A DNA stretch of 63,153 nucleotides, the filler included, from Stramenopiles sp. TOSAG23-6 (taxonomy: Eukaryota), in the NCBI GenBank assembly GCA_900128565.1. It is 48 parts of 48 records of this genome, joined end to end, with 100 filler letters (N's around TTAATTAATTAA, not from the genome) between each part and the next. Parts side by side here need not be neighbours in the genome. Positions count along the whole stretch, not along the records: positions 1 to 1,232 come from LT639434.1; positions 1,333 to 2,564 come from LT639435.1; positions 2,665 to 3,895 come from LT639436.1; positions 3,996 to 5,226 come from LT639437.1; positions 5,327 to 6,557 come from LT639438.1; positions 6,658 to 7,888 come from LT639439.1; positions 7,989 to 9,217 come from LT639441.1; positions 9,318 to 10,546 come from LT639442.1; 40 more parts are not named here. One strand, given 5' to 3'. The notes beneath the pieces are model-generated. The model had not been told where the DNA came from, did not search any database, and saw only the letters and a program-made list of their open reading frames with translations. A program made the translations under genes and the position numbers. Shown piece by piece: positions 1-12,026 of the stretch. The number at the start of each line of letters is the position of its first letter. The first letter of the stretch is position 1.

Positions 1-1
1 T

Positions 2-520
2 TGTGACTTCTTTAGCATTGCGTCCTTGGTCACCAACACCACCTAAACCTTCTGGGAGACTTGTATCTGTCCAAGCCATATTTGTGACACTAGCTGTAGG
101 TGGTGAAGTTGTAGGAAACAACCTTGCACTGGCTGGGAATATTTGGTTTCCATCTAAGTTGCTTGTAAATATGACAACGTATACATTATCTGTTGTGTAC
201 ACGTTACTTGAAATATTATCAAAACTATACGACGCACTTGCATTTCCTACTTGTGCAACATCTCCTAAATGAAAGGCACCATTGCCAACATCATCCTCGG
301 CCAAGTATATCTTATAATCTTCTATAACATCGGTTCCAGTCAGTGGTTGGCTAAAAGTAATTAAGGAGTTTGCCGTATCAATGTACTCCCCTGTTCCATC
401 TGTTAAATATAAAATAGAAACAGAAACATCACCTACAACGGGTGATCCAGGAATAACAGAAATTCCGCGTCTAATAATGGTCAGCAAGACCACTGTTATT
501 AGACAGAAAAACATATTCAT
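2..520 (-). CDS. Secreted or surface protein, N-terminal fragment (missing from the ORF track)
   Basis: Open frame from ATG 520 (MNMFFCLITVVLLTIIRRGISVIPGSP...) to the window edge; hydrophobic signal-peptide-like start. Confidence 0.65.
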   Translation of the reverse strand, partial: MNMFFCLITVVLLTIIRRGISVIPGSPVVGDVSVSILYLTDGTGEYIDTANSLITFSQPLTGTDVIEDYKIYLAEDDVGNGAFHLGDVAQVGNASASYSFDNISSNVYTTDNVYVVIFTSNLDGNQIFPASARLFPTTSPPTASVTNMAWTDTSLPEGLGGVGDQGRNAKEVT

Positions 521-755
521 TTAGCATATAAATATAGTTAGGATGGATAGCCGTTTGATTTTGAAGTTTCAATGTCCTTCATATTGCTACATTTCCTACG
601 ATATTTTGTACCAAATTTTTTGACGGTTTCATATAGTTACCCGGGACCAATGATGTTCAAACTTCATAAAACAGCTGTAAAAAGTTACTAAAAACACCAA
701 AAACAAAAATCAATGTTCCTTTTTTCCGGGATGCAACATTAACTTAAAAGAAGCA

Positions 756-1232
756 ATGTTTAACTCTATACTTCAGATACAAAAACAAAGGAACTCAATA
801 CGAGGAAGTGAAAGAATAACGCATGAGAGCAAGATATCTAGTGGAAAGGCCACTTTGAGAGATGACCCACAGAATGAAAGTAGTTTATGTTTGGAGGAAG
901 ACTTTTCGAGTATGGTGGGTTTGAACTCTATGTTACCCATTTGCAGTTTCATGAACAAAGATTCCGATAGTAATAGTAGAGTTGGCATGTCTTTGAAGTA
1001 TGGAATAGATAAAGAAAATAGAGGAGACATGTTTCCGAAAACAGGAGAAAATTTGCCTGAGAATCAGCTAGAAGAAAGGCTTGTGAAAATAGGAAAAACG
1101 AAAAAATCACAGCCACCAAAGCACGAAAGTTCTATGGCTTTACTAGATAGTAATGACAAGCTTGACGAATCTATTGTAGATAATGAAATATTTGTTGCAA
1201 GGAGAGAAGTTTTTTCTGACCCTCAAAAGGAA
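756..1232 (+). CDS. Hypothetical protein, N-terminal fragment
   Basis: 159 open codons to the contig end, divergent from the previous gene; no motif recognised. Confidence 0.5.
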
Positions 1233-1466
1233 NNNNNNNNNNNNNNNNNNNNNNNNNNNNNNNNNNNNNNNNNNNNTTAATTAATTAANNNNNNNNNNNN
1301 NNNNNNNNNNNNNNNNNNNNNNNNNNNNNNNNATAAACATCACATCATCACCACAAATAAACATCACATCATCACCACCCATACGTATAAAATACTCCAA
1401 ACAAAATCAACAATATCACAACTATAAAACAAATCCATTGTAGAAAAAAAAGGAAAAAGGAAACGG

Positions 1467-1497
<31 letters not shown>

Positions 1498-1547
1498 AAA
1501 CGATAAAAAAGAAAAAAACTTACAAAATGAAAAAGAAAACTAACATT

Positions 1548-2564
1548 TCAAGCAAACACCTTTTGGTATTGCTGAGCCAGTAGAAAGGCTTCGTCGTGAG
1601 TTGTTTTGGCATCTTCTTCGTCCAAACCAGCATCAATAGCAGCAGCCAGTCTGACCTGCATCATTGCCCATATATTGTGAAAAAATATTTTTGTTTTTGT
1701 TTTTTTGTTAGGTACAAAATTCCGTACGAAAAAATAAATTCGAAATTAAAAAAAAAAATAAATTCGAAATTAAAAAAATAAAACATCCTGAGCGAATCAA
1801 GCTCATCTCTGCGCTCCGAGATTCTCATCAGAGCACAAGCTTTGACATTTGCTGAGCTTTTTTCTGCTTCGTTGTGAGTTGTTTGAGCTTCTTCTTCTGC
1901 CAACTCAGCAGCTAAAGCATCAGCCACTCTGGCCTGCATCATTGCCCATATATTGTGAAAAAATATTTTTGTTTTCGTTTTTTTGTTAGGTACAAAATTC
2001 CGTACGAAAAAATAAATTCGAAATTAAAAAAAATAAAACATCCTGAGAGAATCAAGCTCGTTTTTGCGCGCTGATATTCTCTGTCGAGAACATGCTTTAG
2101 CCATAGCCGCTCTCTTTTTCTTACGCACGTAACGGTTATGCAACTTTAATCGTACGCGCTTATCCGAAAAGTCTATCTTTGATGGGATGTATTTTGGAAA
2201 AATATTTCAAAAAAAACATTAAAATTTGTTAGGTACGAAATTTCGTACGAAAAAAAAAATTCGAAATTGAAAATTAAAACATACATCTCCAAAGACTTGG
2301 CTTTTTGCATGCGATCAAGGAATTGCTTAACAGATTTCGACGGCGAAACATGACGGCGCGGACGACGAGAAACAACAGCTAATTCAGGTGGTGGCTTGTT
2401 CGCAGCATCGCGGCCAAGTTTCATTCTTCGGAGATACTTCTCCTCGGCTTCTTTTCGCCTAAGCAGCATCTTTTGACGATTCGCCCGACGTACATTCTTC
2501 GACTCACATCCGACTTTGACTTCTTGCATTTTCTTACACATTTTACGATAAGGCTTTTTAAAAC
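1548..2564 (-). CDS. Basic coiled-coil hypothetical protein, 4 exons, with an internally duplicated exon+intron unit
   Basis: Removing 2187-2284, 1948-2043 and 1670-1788 gives one frame (...KSLEIPSKIDF...ELDSLRAMMQARV...ELDSLRAMMQVRL...KVFA*). Confidence 0.7.
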
Positions 2565-2664
2565 NNNNNNNNNNNNNNNNNNNNNNNNNNNNNNNNNNNN
2601 NNNNNNNNTTAATTAATTAANNNNNNNNNNNNNNNNNNNNNNNNNNNNNNNNNNNNNNNNNNNN

Positions 2665-3725
2665 CAAAATGACTTATACTTTAAGGCTTCAGCAAACTCT
2701 CTATCATTTTTTATCATATCTTCTTCGTCGTACAATGATTTATACTTTAAAGCTTCAGCAAACTCTCTATCATTTTTTATCATATCTTCTTCTTCAAAAC
2801 AATCAAATCCGTCCTCGGCCGACTCATATTCAAAATCAGCGTCTATTTGTTTTGAACAAAATCGAAGTAAAATTTCAGAAGCCTTCAAAAAATCGCCATC
2901 AGAAATGTTTAAAGCTATTGAAATGACATGCTCATCGGCTTCATCAAAAATTGACTGCAGCACATCTACATTAGATTCACTATTACTACTATTATTCTCT
3001 GTCATGATTTCCGGATTTTCATCAAACTCACTCAAAGTGATATCATCCTCTACAGAACGCGAGTGGTCCAGTATATCAGACATTTCAAAAGTTTTTTTTG
3101 TACCAAATTCCGTACCTAATAAATTTATCTCCTCACTACCGTAAAGACTTATATGTTCAACAGTATTAAATTCACTATCAGGTAAATTCAAGGAGGTATC
3201 CATTTGTAAATTACTTATTGAAAAAAGTTCTTTGCTTTGTTCCGTTTGAGATTCAGTGTAAAAAGGTGGTGGTTTACTAAAAGGTTTTTCAAGTGTAGAC
3301 AGATCATTTCCATTGAATAAAACCTGATTTGACCTACTTGTGTTGAATACCTCTGCATTTTTTGATTCGATTAAGACACGTTGAAGTTCTTCGTCTTCTT
3401 TCTGTCGAATCAAAGCTCTTTCTGTTTCTTCTTGTTTTGATAATAATATAGCTTCTTTCAAGGCCGTTGTGTCAGAAACCTGCGTTAAATTAGAACTCAC
3501 AGCTGACAAAGCCAGAACTCTCTGTAAATTATCGTCTTCATCATGGCTTTTAAGTAGTGGTATACACCCAGTAACCACTGCATTAATTGCAGCTTCTATA
3601 TTCCCCTCGTGTTCCATAAAAAGACGAGGAATATCAATGGACTGAACTTTATTAGGACCAAATAATTCACTTAATACACTGCAAAGCTGCTTTTCATTGC
3701 TAATAACGCTGCCATGTGACTGCAT
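2665..3725 (-). CDS. Ubiquitin-binding protein (CUE/UBA-like and UIM-like motifs), partial
   Basis: EDDNLQRVLALS and EDEELQRVLIESK are UIM-like; LQSIFDEADEHVISIALNISDGDFLKASEILL is CUE-like. Confidence 0.6.
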
Positions 3726-4054
3726 CACACTCACTGAATAGAAAAGCAACCGATATCGCCTATATAATTTTGAAGATAGTAGCAACTTGTGATAAAGTCC
3801 ATCCCCTATTCAATGAGAACAACACTTGAAGTCGGCATATTTTGATTACAGTATTTTTTACTCCAGGGTAGGTATAGCAAAACTTTGTGTGCTAANNNNN
3901 NNNNNNNNNNNNNNNNNNNNNNNNNNNNNNNNNNNNNNNTTAATTAATTAANNNNNNNNNNNNNNNNNNNNNNNNNNNNNNNNNNNNNNNNNNNNAATTT
4001 TGTACCTAACAATTTTTTTTAGATTTTTTTTTGAAATATTTTTCCAAAATACAT

Positions 4055-5114
4055 AACTACAACACCTCTTACATCTGATGTGCAACGTTGGAGTGCAGAA
4101 TGGAATGAAACTATCCCTAACCCTAATGAAACTACCCCTAACCCTAGTCCTAACTCGACCAATTCTATCCATACAATAATTAATTCTACTTATCAATCAA
4201 TTTGGTGTGCATGTATGTTTTATTTTTTTTTTAAACAAAAAGATCGAAATTTTTTTTTTCTGGTTTTCGTACGAAATTTTGTACCTAACAAATTTTCAAA
4301 ATTGTTTTTCAAATATTTTTTCAAAATACATCTAAAAAAGATACTATCGATGCGTTTAACTATGCTCTATACTGTTGTTCATTAATACAACACAAATCAA
4401 CTGCGAGGACCTCTCTCGAAATTGCTCAATTGTTAGAAAAAAAACTTTTTCTATTTGGAATAATGAATGTTTTATTTTTTTTAAATTTTTTGTTTACATT
4501 TTTTTATAGTAAATTTTGTACCTAACAAATTTTTAAGATTTTTTTTNGAANTTTTTTNCNAAATACATTGATCATCACGAAATCGCATTAAAAATACAAT
4601 GGTGGTGTGTTCTTAAATCGTATAGAATGGTTGGAGATTCAATACGAGCAAGAGAAATTTTCATGTCTCATGTTTTGCCTCGTTTTTCTACATTAAAATT
4701 GTACTCGAATAACCCTAACCCTAAAAACCCTAACCCTAAAAACCCTACAAACCCTAGAAACCCTAGAAACCATAAAAACCCAAATCATTCAAATTCAAAT
4801 TCAAATGTTGCAGGAAACAAAAATAAATTTGAAATTCATGAGAAATGTAGTACAAAATTAGGTACGAAAGAACATTATTCTATCGAAACTTGGTTAAATT
4901 ATCCTCAGGGGGGAAATTTTCAGCAGAGTATTGACCCTAACCCTAGAGGTGAATATAGTAGTGATAGGGTTAGGGTTATGTCTCTGAAGAAAAAAACAGA
5001 TGAAATTATACATTATTCAAATTCAAATCTAGGCAAACAAAAGTTGAAAATTTTAGAAAAATTGTGGCAAGAAATTTTATTATCTGGGCTTGATTCGCAT
5101 ATGACGAAATCAAT
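4055..5114 (+). CDS. Hypothetical protein, 3 internal exons
   Basis: Continuous frame after removing 4213-4331 (GT-AT) and 4465-4568 (GA-AT). Confidence 0.65.
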
Positions 5115-5194
5115 GTATGTTTTTATATCATTCATTTCAATTTTTTTTTTTTTTTTTTTTTCGTACCAAATTTTGTACCTAACGATTTTTTTTA

Positions 5195-5226
<32 letters not shown>

Positions 5227-5378
5227 NNNNNNNNNNNNNNNNNNNNNNNNNNNNNNNNNNNNNNNNNNNNTTAATTAATTAANNNNNNNNNNNNNNNNNN
5301 NNNNNNNNNNNNNNNNNNNNNNNNNNACGAAATTTTGTACCTAACGATTTTTTTTTGAAATATTTTTCCAAAATACAT

Positions 5379-6502
5379 ATTACACTTAATAGAGGAGTTA
5401 CTCATACACCAAACAATATACCTAGCCAAATACAAAAAGCAAATATTACACCCACAATAGGCACAATTCAACAAGACTATTCAGATGATAGTCCCTCGAG
5501 ATTATCCGATGAACCGATTAGTATGGCGGATGTATGTTTTATTTTTTTTTTTCAATTTTTTATCTAAAATTTTTTTTTTTTTGGTAAAAAAATTTTGTAC
5601 CTAACAGATTTTTTTTTTATAGAAAAATTTTGAAATATTTTTCCAAAATACATATGTATACAGTTATACAAAACGGATATTCTCAAAAAAATGAATTGGA
5701 ATGTGAAAGTTCCATTATTAATTATAATGGTAAATGTCTTAGGGAAATATCTTCACAAACTACTCTGACAATATATGTTTTTATTTTTTTTTTTAAACAA
5801 AAAAATCGATTTTTTTTTTCATACGAAATTAAAACCTGGAGATGATATATACAAGAACGTATTGAAAAGTAATTGTAATTTCATGGAAATAGAAAACAAA
5901 AAGAATGTACGTTTTCATTAGGGTTGGGGGTTTTTTTGTAATTTATTTTTTTTCATACGAAATTTTGTACCTAACAATTTAAAAAAATATATTTTTTTTT
6001 CACAATACATAGTTCACAAATAAACTTTGAGACGGCAGAACTGTATAAAAAAAAATGAAAATTTCAAGGTTTGTGTGATGAAGAAAATGGAACAAATCTG
6101 TCGGATTATAATCAAAAATTATTTAGAATGAGTGGAATTGAAACGTTTCAATCCCCAATTCAACAACTATCACCTATTCATAGTCCAATCAAAAATATTC
6201 CATTTCATAGTGTTGAAGCAAAAAGTGAAGATTTTCAAAAATCATCGAAATTTGATGCTAATGAAAATGAAAATGATTGGGGTGATATCTCAAATATATC
6301 ATCAATTGTTGACCATTGTGTGAATGTTGCTTCACCAACTTGTAATGTAAATGTATGTTTGATTTTTTTTTGTATGATTTTTTTTCGTACGGAATTTTGT
6401 ACCTAACAAAAAATATTTTGAAATATTTTTCCAAAATACATTTTCATTCAACAGTACGAAATCATGAAGAACAAAAAACGACACCTAAAAAATCATTTAG
6501 TC
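5379..6502 (+). CDS. Hypothetical low-complexity protein, multi-exon, with one truncated intron and one in-frame TGA (6056-6058)
   Basis: Frames join across 5532-5653, 5907-6010 and 6353-6441; the intron starting at 5773 lacks its 3' half. Confidence 0.45.
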
Positions 6503-6830
6503 GTACGTTTTCATTATGAATTTCAAATTTATTTTTTTTTCGTACGAAATTTTGTACNNNNNNNNNNNNNNNNNNNNNNNNNNNNNNNNNNNNNNNNNNN
6601 NTTAATTAATTAANNNNNNNNNNNNNNNNNNNNNNNNNNNNNNNNNNNNNNNNNNNNCTATTGAAGGATGCCCGCGCGCTGCTACGTACGTAGGGTTAGG
6701 GTTTTAAAAATTGCGCATAAAAATTTTGACATATTTGCCACCCTGAGTCGTCAAACACAAATCGAAAACAATTGATTACTACTACGACACGTCTCTAGTA
6801 CCTTTACCAAACACGCAGCCGACACTAATA

Positions 6831-7888
6831 ATGCAAGCAATGTTGGCATTACGTTCTGATTGCCCTATGTTGGCACAGCTCCAAGGATTAGAATGTGGGT
6901 CCGTTTCATTTGCTCAGACATCAGGCACACCTCGCTTTGTTTTCTTCGAATATACCCCAGATACAACTACTCAAAAATGTAGTGGAAAACTATCAACTGC
7001 GTCTGAACTTTTACGTTCACGCGGAGGAAGTATCACCAAGCGCGATGTTTCATTTTCCAAGCTTAAATTTGGTGTGTTTGCGCTCGGCGGGACTGTGAAA
7101 AAGTTCAATTATGGTGAGTTTGGATCAATCTCATATATGTTTCAGAACGGGTGGACCAAACAGATTGTGCCTTTCTTCCCGAATGCTTCCGATGCATCTT
7201 CTTTTTTCAAAAAAAATATTCAACTTTGTGACTACTTATTAGAAGTCAAAACTTTAAAATCTATTAAAATGGAATCAGAATCTGATTTTACTCGTTCTCA
7301 GCAAGTACGTTTAGAATTTCTCATGAAAGAACTGCAGAATCGTTTTCAAAATTACGACATTTGCGATCCCCTAAACCTGGACTTTTTGACATCAAAAAAA
7401 ATGTTAGAATATTACCGAGAAAAGCTCATCGAATCTCGGGATTTATCGAATTCTGGTAATATTGGTAATATTGGTACTATAGAAAATAATTGGGCAGTAG
7501 GGTGGTGGCGAGAGAGTCGTAAAATTCCACGTNNNGCTACATTAAAACCTGGCCAAAAGATTGCGTCATTTCCAGGCCATTACAAATTAGCGTACAAACA
7601 TTTTTTCGCTTGTGGTTTATCGTCTATGATTAACCAATTTGGAGATAAATGGTCTCGTATTTCTCCAGCTACCTTTGTATTACCTCGTGATGCAAATGCT
7701 CTTCTTTTATCTTTAAATAAAGAAAATAAAAGTTTATGGATCACAAAACCTCCGGACTTGGGCAAGGGAACTGGAATTTGTGTAGTGACTGCAACAGAGG
7801 TGTTACAAATAATAGAGCAACAAAATGTAAGTACACCTAAGAACACGGAAGAAGCAAATATCATACATTGTTCGACGAGTGATAAGAA
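6831..7888 (+). CDS. Tubulin-tyrosine-ligase-like (TTLL) protein, N-terminal part
   Basis: QKIASFPG...K, SPATFVLP and WITKPPDLGKGTGI match TTL-domain motifs. Confidence 0.8.
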
Positions 7889-8017
7889 NNNNNNNNNNNN
7901 NNNNNNNNNNNNNNNNNNNNNNNNNNNNNNNNTTAATTAATTAANNNNNNNNNNNNNNNNNNNNNNNNNNNNNNNNNNNNNNNNNNNNCTTTTATTTTTA
8001 TTTTTCTTTCTCAATAG

Positions 8018-8488
8018 GGTGAAAGCTTTGAGTTGCATTGGAGTAATTTTGGGCTTTTTAGTTGGCTGATTTTACAATGGACAATACGTTGTTTCCGTTA
8101 TATTAGTTCTTTAGTCACACAAAGGCACATAAGATATTCGAAAAAAATGGATTGGCAAGAAGATGTGTTAGGATTACGTGGGGAAGGCTGCCTCGGGTGT
8201 TGGAAAAGGTCAAAAGACTTAACATGTATGATATTTTTTGTGTGGCTCTTATATTTTTGGTTTTATACAATCGGAACTCAACATGTTCGACCAGGTGGAA
8301 ATGAATTAGGTGCAGATCCAAGAGCGGAATTTTCGGGAATTGCGAATAACATTGTATATGTTGCCACAGTAGGAATTTGTGTAACATTTGGCTCATTATG
8401 TAACTGGTATCTTGGAATAAAAGATGGTAAAGAAATGGCAAAAAAATGGACTGAAGGAAACCAAACATCAAGGGTTACTCCTCTATAA
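8018..8488 (+). CDS. Membrane protein, last exon
   Basis: Pyrimidine tract plus TAG acceptor at 8017; three hydrophobic segments; stop at 8488. Confidence 0.5.
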   Translation, partial: GESFELHWSNFGLFSWLILQWTIRCFRYISSLVTQRHIRYSKKMDWQEDVLGLRGEGCLGCWKRSKDLTCMIFFVWLLYFWFYTIGTQHVRPGGNELGADPRAEFSGIANNIVYVATVGICVTFGSLCNWYLGIKDGKEMAKKWTEGNQTSRVTPL

Positions 8489-8859
8489 ATGAGTAGATAG
8501 TTTTTTTTTAAATGCATAAAAAATATATAGCATAAATAGCATAGATGGCTTCAATAGGGCTGCTTGAGCCTCAGGGTACGTGCGGATTTGATTGCTAAAT
8601 TGTTTGGAAAAATGTGAAAATTAGTGATTAATTAAAGAACGGGTTCATTTAGGGTTAGGGTTGCTGACTACTAACTAACTACTACGGTATGATTTTGAAG
8701 ATTTTGACAGCGGTCAACAAGTCACTCGAGTGACTTCCTGAAGACTAAATAATTATAATTTAAACACAAACAACTTGGATTAATAGCTAGTATAATTACA
8801 AGCCTCCACCAATTAAACATATATATACATATATATATATATACGTACTAATAAACTTC

Positions 8860-9217
8860 ATGTCAGCAATATGGAGGACTTCACTTTACTTGAGTTTTTG
8901 TTTTCTTTTCAACGTTGTGTCTTCAAATCTGAGCAGCGTACGCAAAACTCGAGAAACATTCAAACGAAAGTTTGCAGTTATACCAACTACCGAAAATGAA
9001 GAGATACCATTACCTGCAGGTTGTTTTCTAGATATGGCATTTGGAAGACTGCATAGTCCACAAGATGCTAAAATTAATGTTAACGGGTACACATTTGTTG
9101 CAAAAAGTAACGAAGGGTCATCATCAAACGTTTTTCTTGCAATTCACGAGGCAACAAAGACATGTCGGGTGATAAAGTGGGACAAACTCCGCAAAAAAAG
9201 TTTGGTGCGGCTCAAGG
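8860..9217 (+). CDS. Signal-peptide protein with a possible kinase N-lobe, partial
   Basis: Hydrophobic N-terminus; YTFVAKSNEGSSSNVFLAIHEATKTCRVIK resembles kinase subdomains I-II. Confidence 0.4.
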
Positions 9218-9408
9218 NNNNNNNNNNNNNNNNNNNNNNNNNNNNNNNNNNNNNNNNNNNNTTAATTAATTAANNNNNNNNNNNNNNNNNNNNNNNNNNN
9301 NNNNNNNNNNNNNNNNNANTTTTTTTTTTTAAATTTGTTAGGTACAAAATTTTTATAAAAAAAAAAAATCGATTTTTTTTGTAAAAAAAAAAAAAAAATA
9401 AAACATAC

Positions 9409-10546
9409 AAAACTTGCAAAAGTTGATAATGGATTATTCACGACCCAACCAGTGTTGATAGAACGTCGTCCACTAGCACTAGCACTTCGTGTATTTCGTG
9501 TATTTCGTGTATTTCGTGTTTTTCTTCTCCCTCGAATTTGTGTCAAACTATTACTATTATAATGATTAGGGTTAGGGTTAATAGATATTTTCTTCCTCCT
9601 TCTTAATAGTCTAGGTTGACTTTTGCTTCGTCTTTTTCTTCTTATAGAAGTTTGACCATCATGTTTTGCGTGATGTTTCCATTTCGTACTAAATTTTGTA
9701 CCTAACGAATTTCGTATCTTTATATCTTTCATTCTATGTTTAACAATGGTTACTGCATTTCTTTCAGTCTTCCATCTATCTATATGTATTTTGGAAAAAT
9801 ATTTCAAAAAAAAAANTTAAATTTGTTAGGTACAAAATTTCGTACGAAAAAAAAATTAGATTTTTTTGTAAAAAAAAAAAATCTAAAATACATGCCTTTT
9901 TTTTCTTCGTTTGTTTGCTTCCACATGTGCTTTTCTTTCGATTTCTCGCCGTCTTCGATTTGGTCTTACCCTATACTTGAAAAAAATATAGACATTTTGA
10001 AAATTGTTAGATTTCTGGATTTTTAGGTATACACAATTTTTTTTTACAAAAAAAAAAAAAAAAAAAAAAAAATTTAAATTTCATTAGGGTTAGGGTTAGA
10101 TACATATTTTTCATATTCATTGATGTTCCTTTTAATGCCGATGTATTGTGAACAAATGTATTTCGCAAAAAAAACAAAGTCAGATATAGAATTTTCAATG
10201 TTCAATTCATGGTGAAAAAAATTCTAAAAAAAATTCAAAAAAAAAAAAAAAAACTAAATTTAAAATTCATCATTAAAAAATGAAAAAATGAAAAAATGAA
10301 AAAATACAAACTGTCACCTCTTCAATCTCNGAAGCAAATTTCCCACCCAATCTAGCAGCTCCAATTGTACCCTTTGCNCCNAGTCTAGCTGCACCNCGGG
10401 TNGTGTTGAATGCAATTCGTCCTGCTTCNATGTATTTTGGAAAAATATTTCAAAAAAAAAAATCTAAAAAAATTGTTAGGTACAAAATTTCGTATGAAAA
10501 CNAAANAAAAAATNGAAAAAAAGAAAACATACATTGTCCCTTTTGC
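9409..10546 (-). CDS. Arg/Lys-rich hypothetical protein, 5 exons
   Basis: One frame after removing 10430-10532, 10141-10307, 9971-10103 (GT-AG) and 9784-9891. Confidence 0.6.
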
Positions 10547-11410
10547 NNNNNNNNNNNNNNNNNNNNNNNNNNNNNNNNNNNNNNNNNNNNTTAATTAATT
10601 AANNNNNNNNNNNNNNNNNNNNNNNNNNNNNNNNNNNNNNNNNNNNAATAGAAATATTGTAGGAAATGCTGTTCACACTAATGGAAGAGCATCAACTTCA
10701 TTGTCTTATAGACACAATGGGTCATCTATGACTACTAAGCACAATAATAGTATGAAAAAAGACGATACAAATTCAGGAGTTAGAAATGATATTTATAGTA
10801 ATATAAGTGTTTTGAAAACTTCCGAGAAGAGTGTAGAAGATATTTGCGCTCGAATCCTTCGGAAACGACCTCACTGGTGGTTTTAAAGAGAATATTTTAG
10901 TATAGAATTATTTTATGCATAAAATCCAAAAATGTGTTCATAATAAGTACAATTAGATATGTCTAAATATATAATTACTATGCTTATTTTGTATTTTATA
11001 GAACTCATTCAACGAATGTAAAAATATTATTACTCTCCTTCAAAATCAAAAATTAATTTCCGTCATCTGGAGCTACACATTTAGCTTCATTTGTATTTAT
11101 AGGACTAGATTTACTGACTTCAACTGGGGTCGTTATAGCATTATTTCAAGCGTCCTTTATCATTTGTACAGGCTTTTGGTTTGTGTATTGCAGCTTGTGA
11201 AGCAAAGTATTATTGATATTAAATTTCAAATTGTATATTTTTTTAAATTTTTTTGACTGTTTTGCTATTAATTCGAAATTTTCCTGGCCAAATCGAATCG
11301 CAGGCCTTTTCACTCCTTTTTGTCTTACTAGATATACTCATCATGTGTTAATTTTTTAAAATAATATTATGAGCTGCCCTTTGATATTGTGTGCATTTAT
11401 CAAATAGATA

Positions 11411-11874
11411 ATGAAGAACAATGCATCAGTGAAGATGTTTGACGAAGCGTTTCAGAGCAACAAAAATATCCTTGATACATGGAAGAAGAGGCAAATAGAA
11501 CTAAAGAAAATGTTAGTGTATACTGATCCAGTGAATCTTTCAACAGCTGCAGAAGAAGTGTTAAATGTATCAAATGATCCAGATATTCTTTCTAGTTCCT
11601 TACAGCGTGTTGGAGGTGTAGATATTAGTTTCGTCAAAGGAAATGCCACAAAGGCTTGTGCATGCCTTGTTGTCCTCGAGTGGCCTTCTATGAAAGTATT
11701 GTTTTCCAAACAAAAAATTGTTGAACTAACTGCACCTTATATCCCTGGTTATCTCGCGTTTCGAGAATGTCCATTCTTGGTTGACTTAGTGAATGAGGTA
11801 CGTCGTGAAAAAGGTGATAGCCTTTGCCCTCAGTTGTTGTTTGTCGATGGAAACGGCATTTTGCACCCACGTGG
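11411..11874 (+). CDS. ENDOV: Endonuclease V, N-terminal half
   Basis: VGGVDISF, PYIPGYLAFRE and VDGNGILHPR signatures. Confidence 0.95.
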
Positions 11875-12026
11875 NNNNNNNNNNNNNNNNNNNNNNNNNN
11901 NNNNNNNNNNNNNNNNNNTTAATTAATTAANNNNNNNNNNNNNNNNNNNNNNNNNNNNNNNNNNNNNNNNNNNNTGTACCTAACAAATTTTAGTTTTTTT
12001 TTTTGAAATATTTTTCCAAAATACAT

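Noticed and set aside
1277-1288. Regularly spaced TTAATTAATTAA palindrome as a biological repeat or CRISPR-like array
   Set aside because: Always flanked by exactly 44 N on each side; it is a six-frame-stop assembly linker.
4213-4331. Recurring peptides in the ORF track (FFVRNFVPN, SYEILYLT, FRTKFCT, MKYFSKIH) as a protein motif
   Set aside because: They are translations of the intron consensus in different frames.
6056-6058. In-frame TGA as stop-codon reassignment
   Set aside because: A single case next to an A9 run in a non-conserved gene; TGA ends RAD51 at the expected position and Trp is TGG elsewhere.
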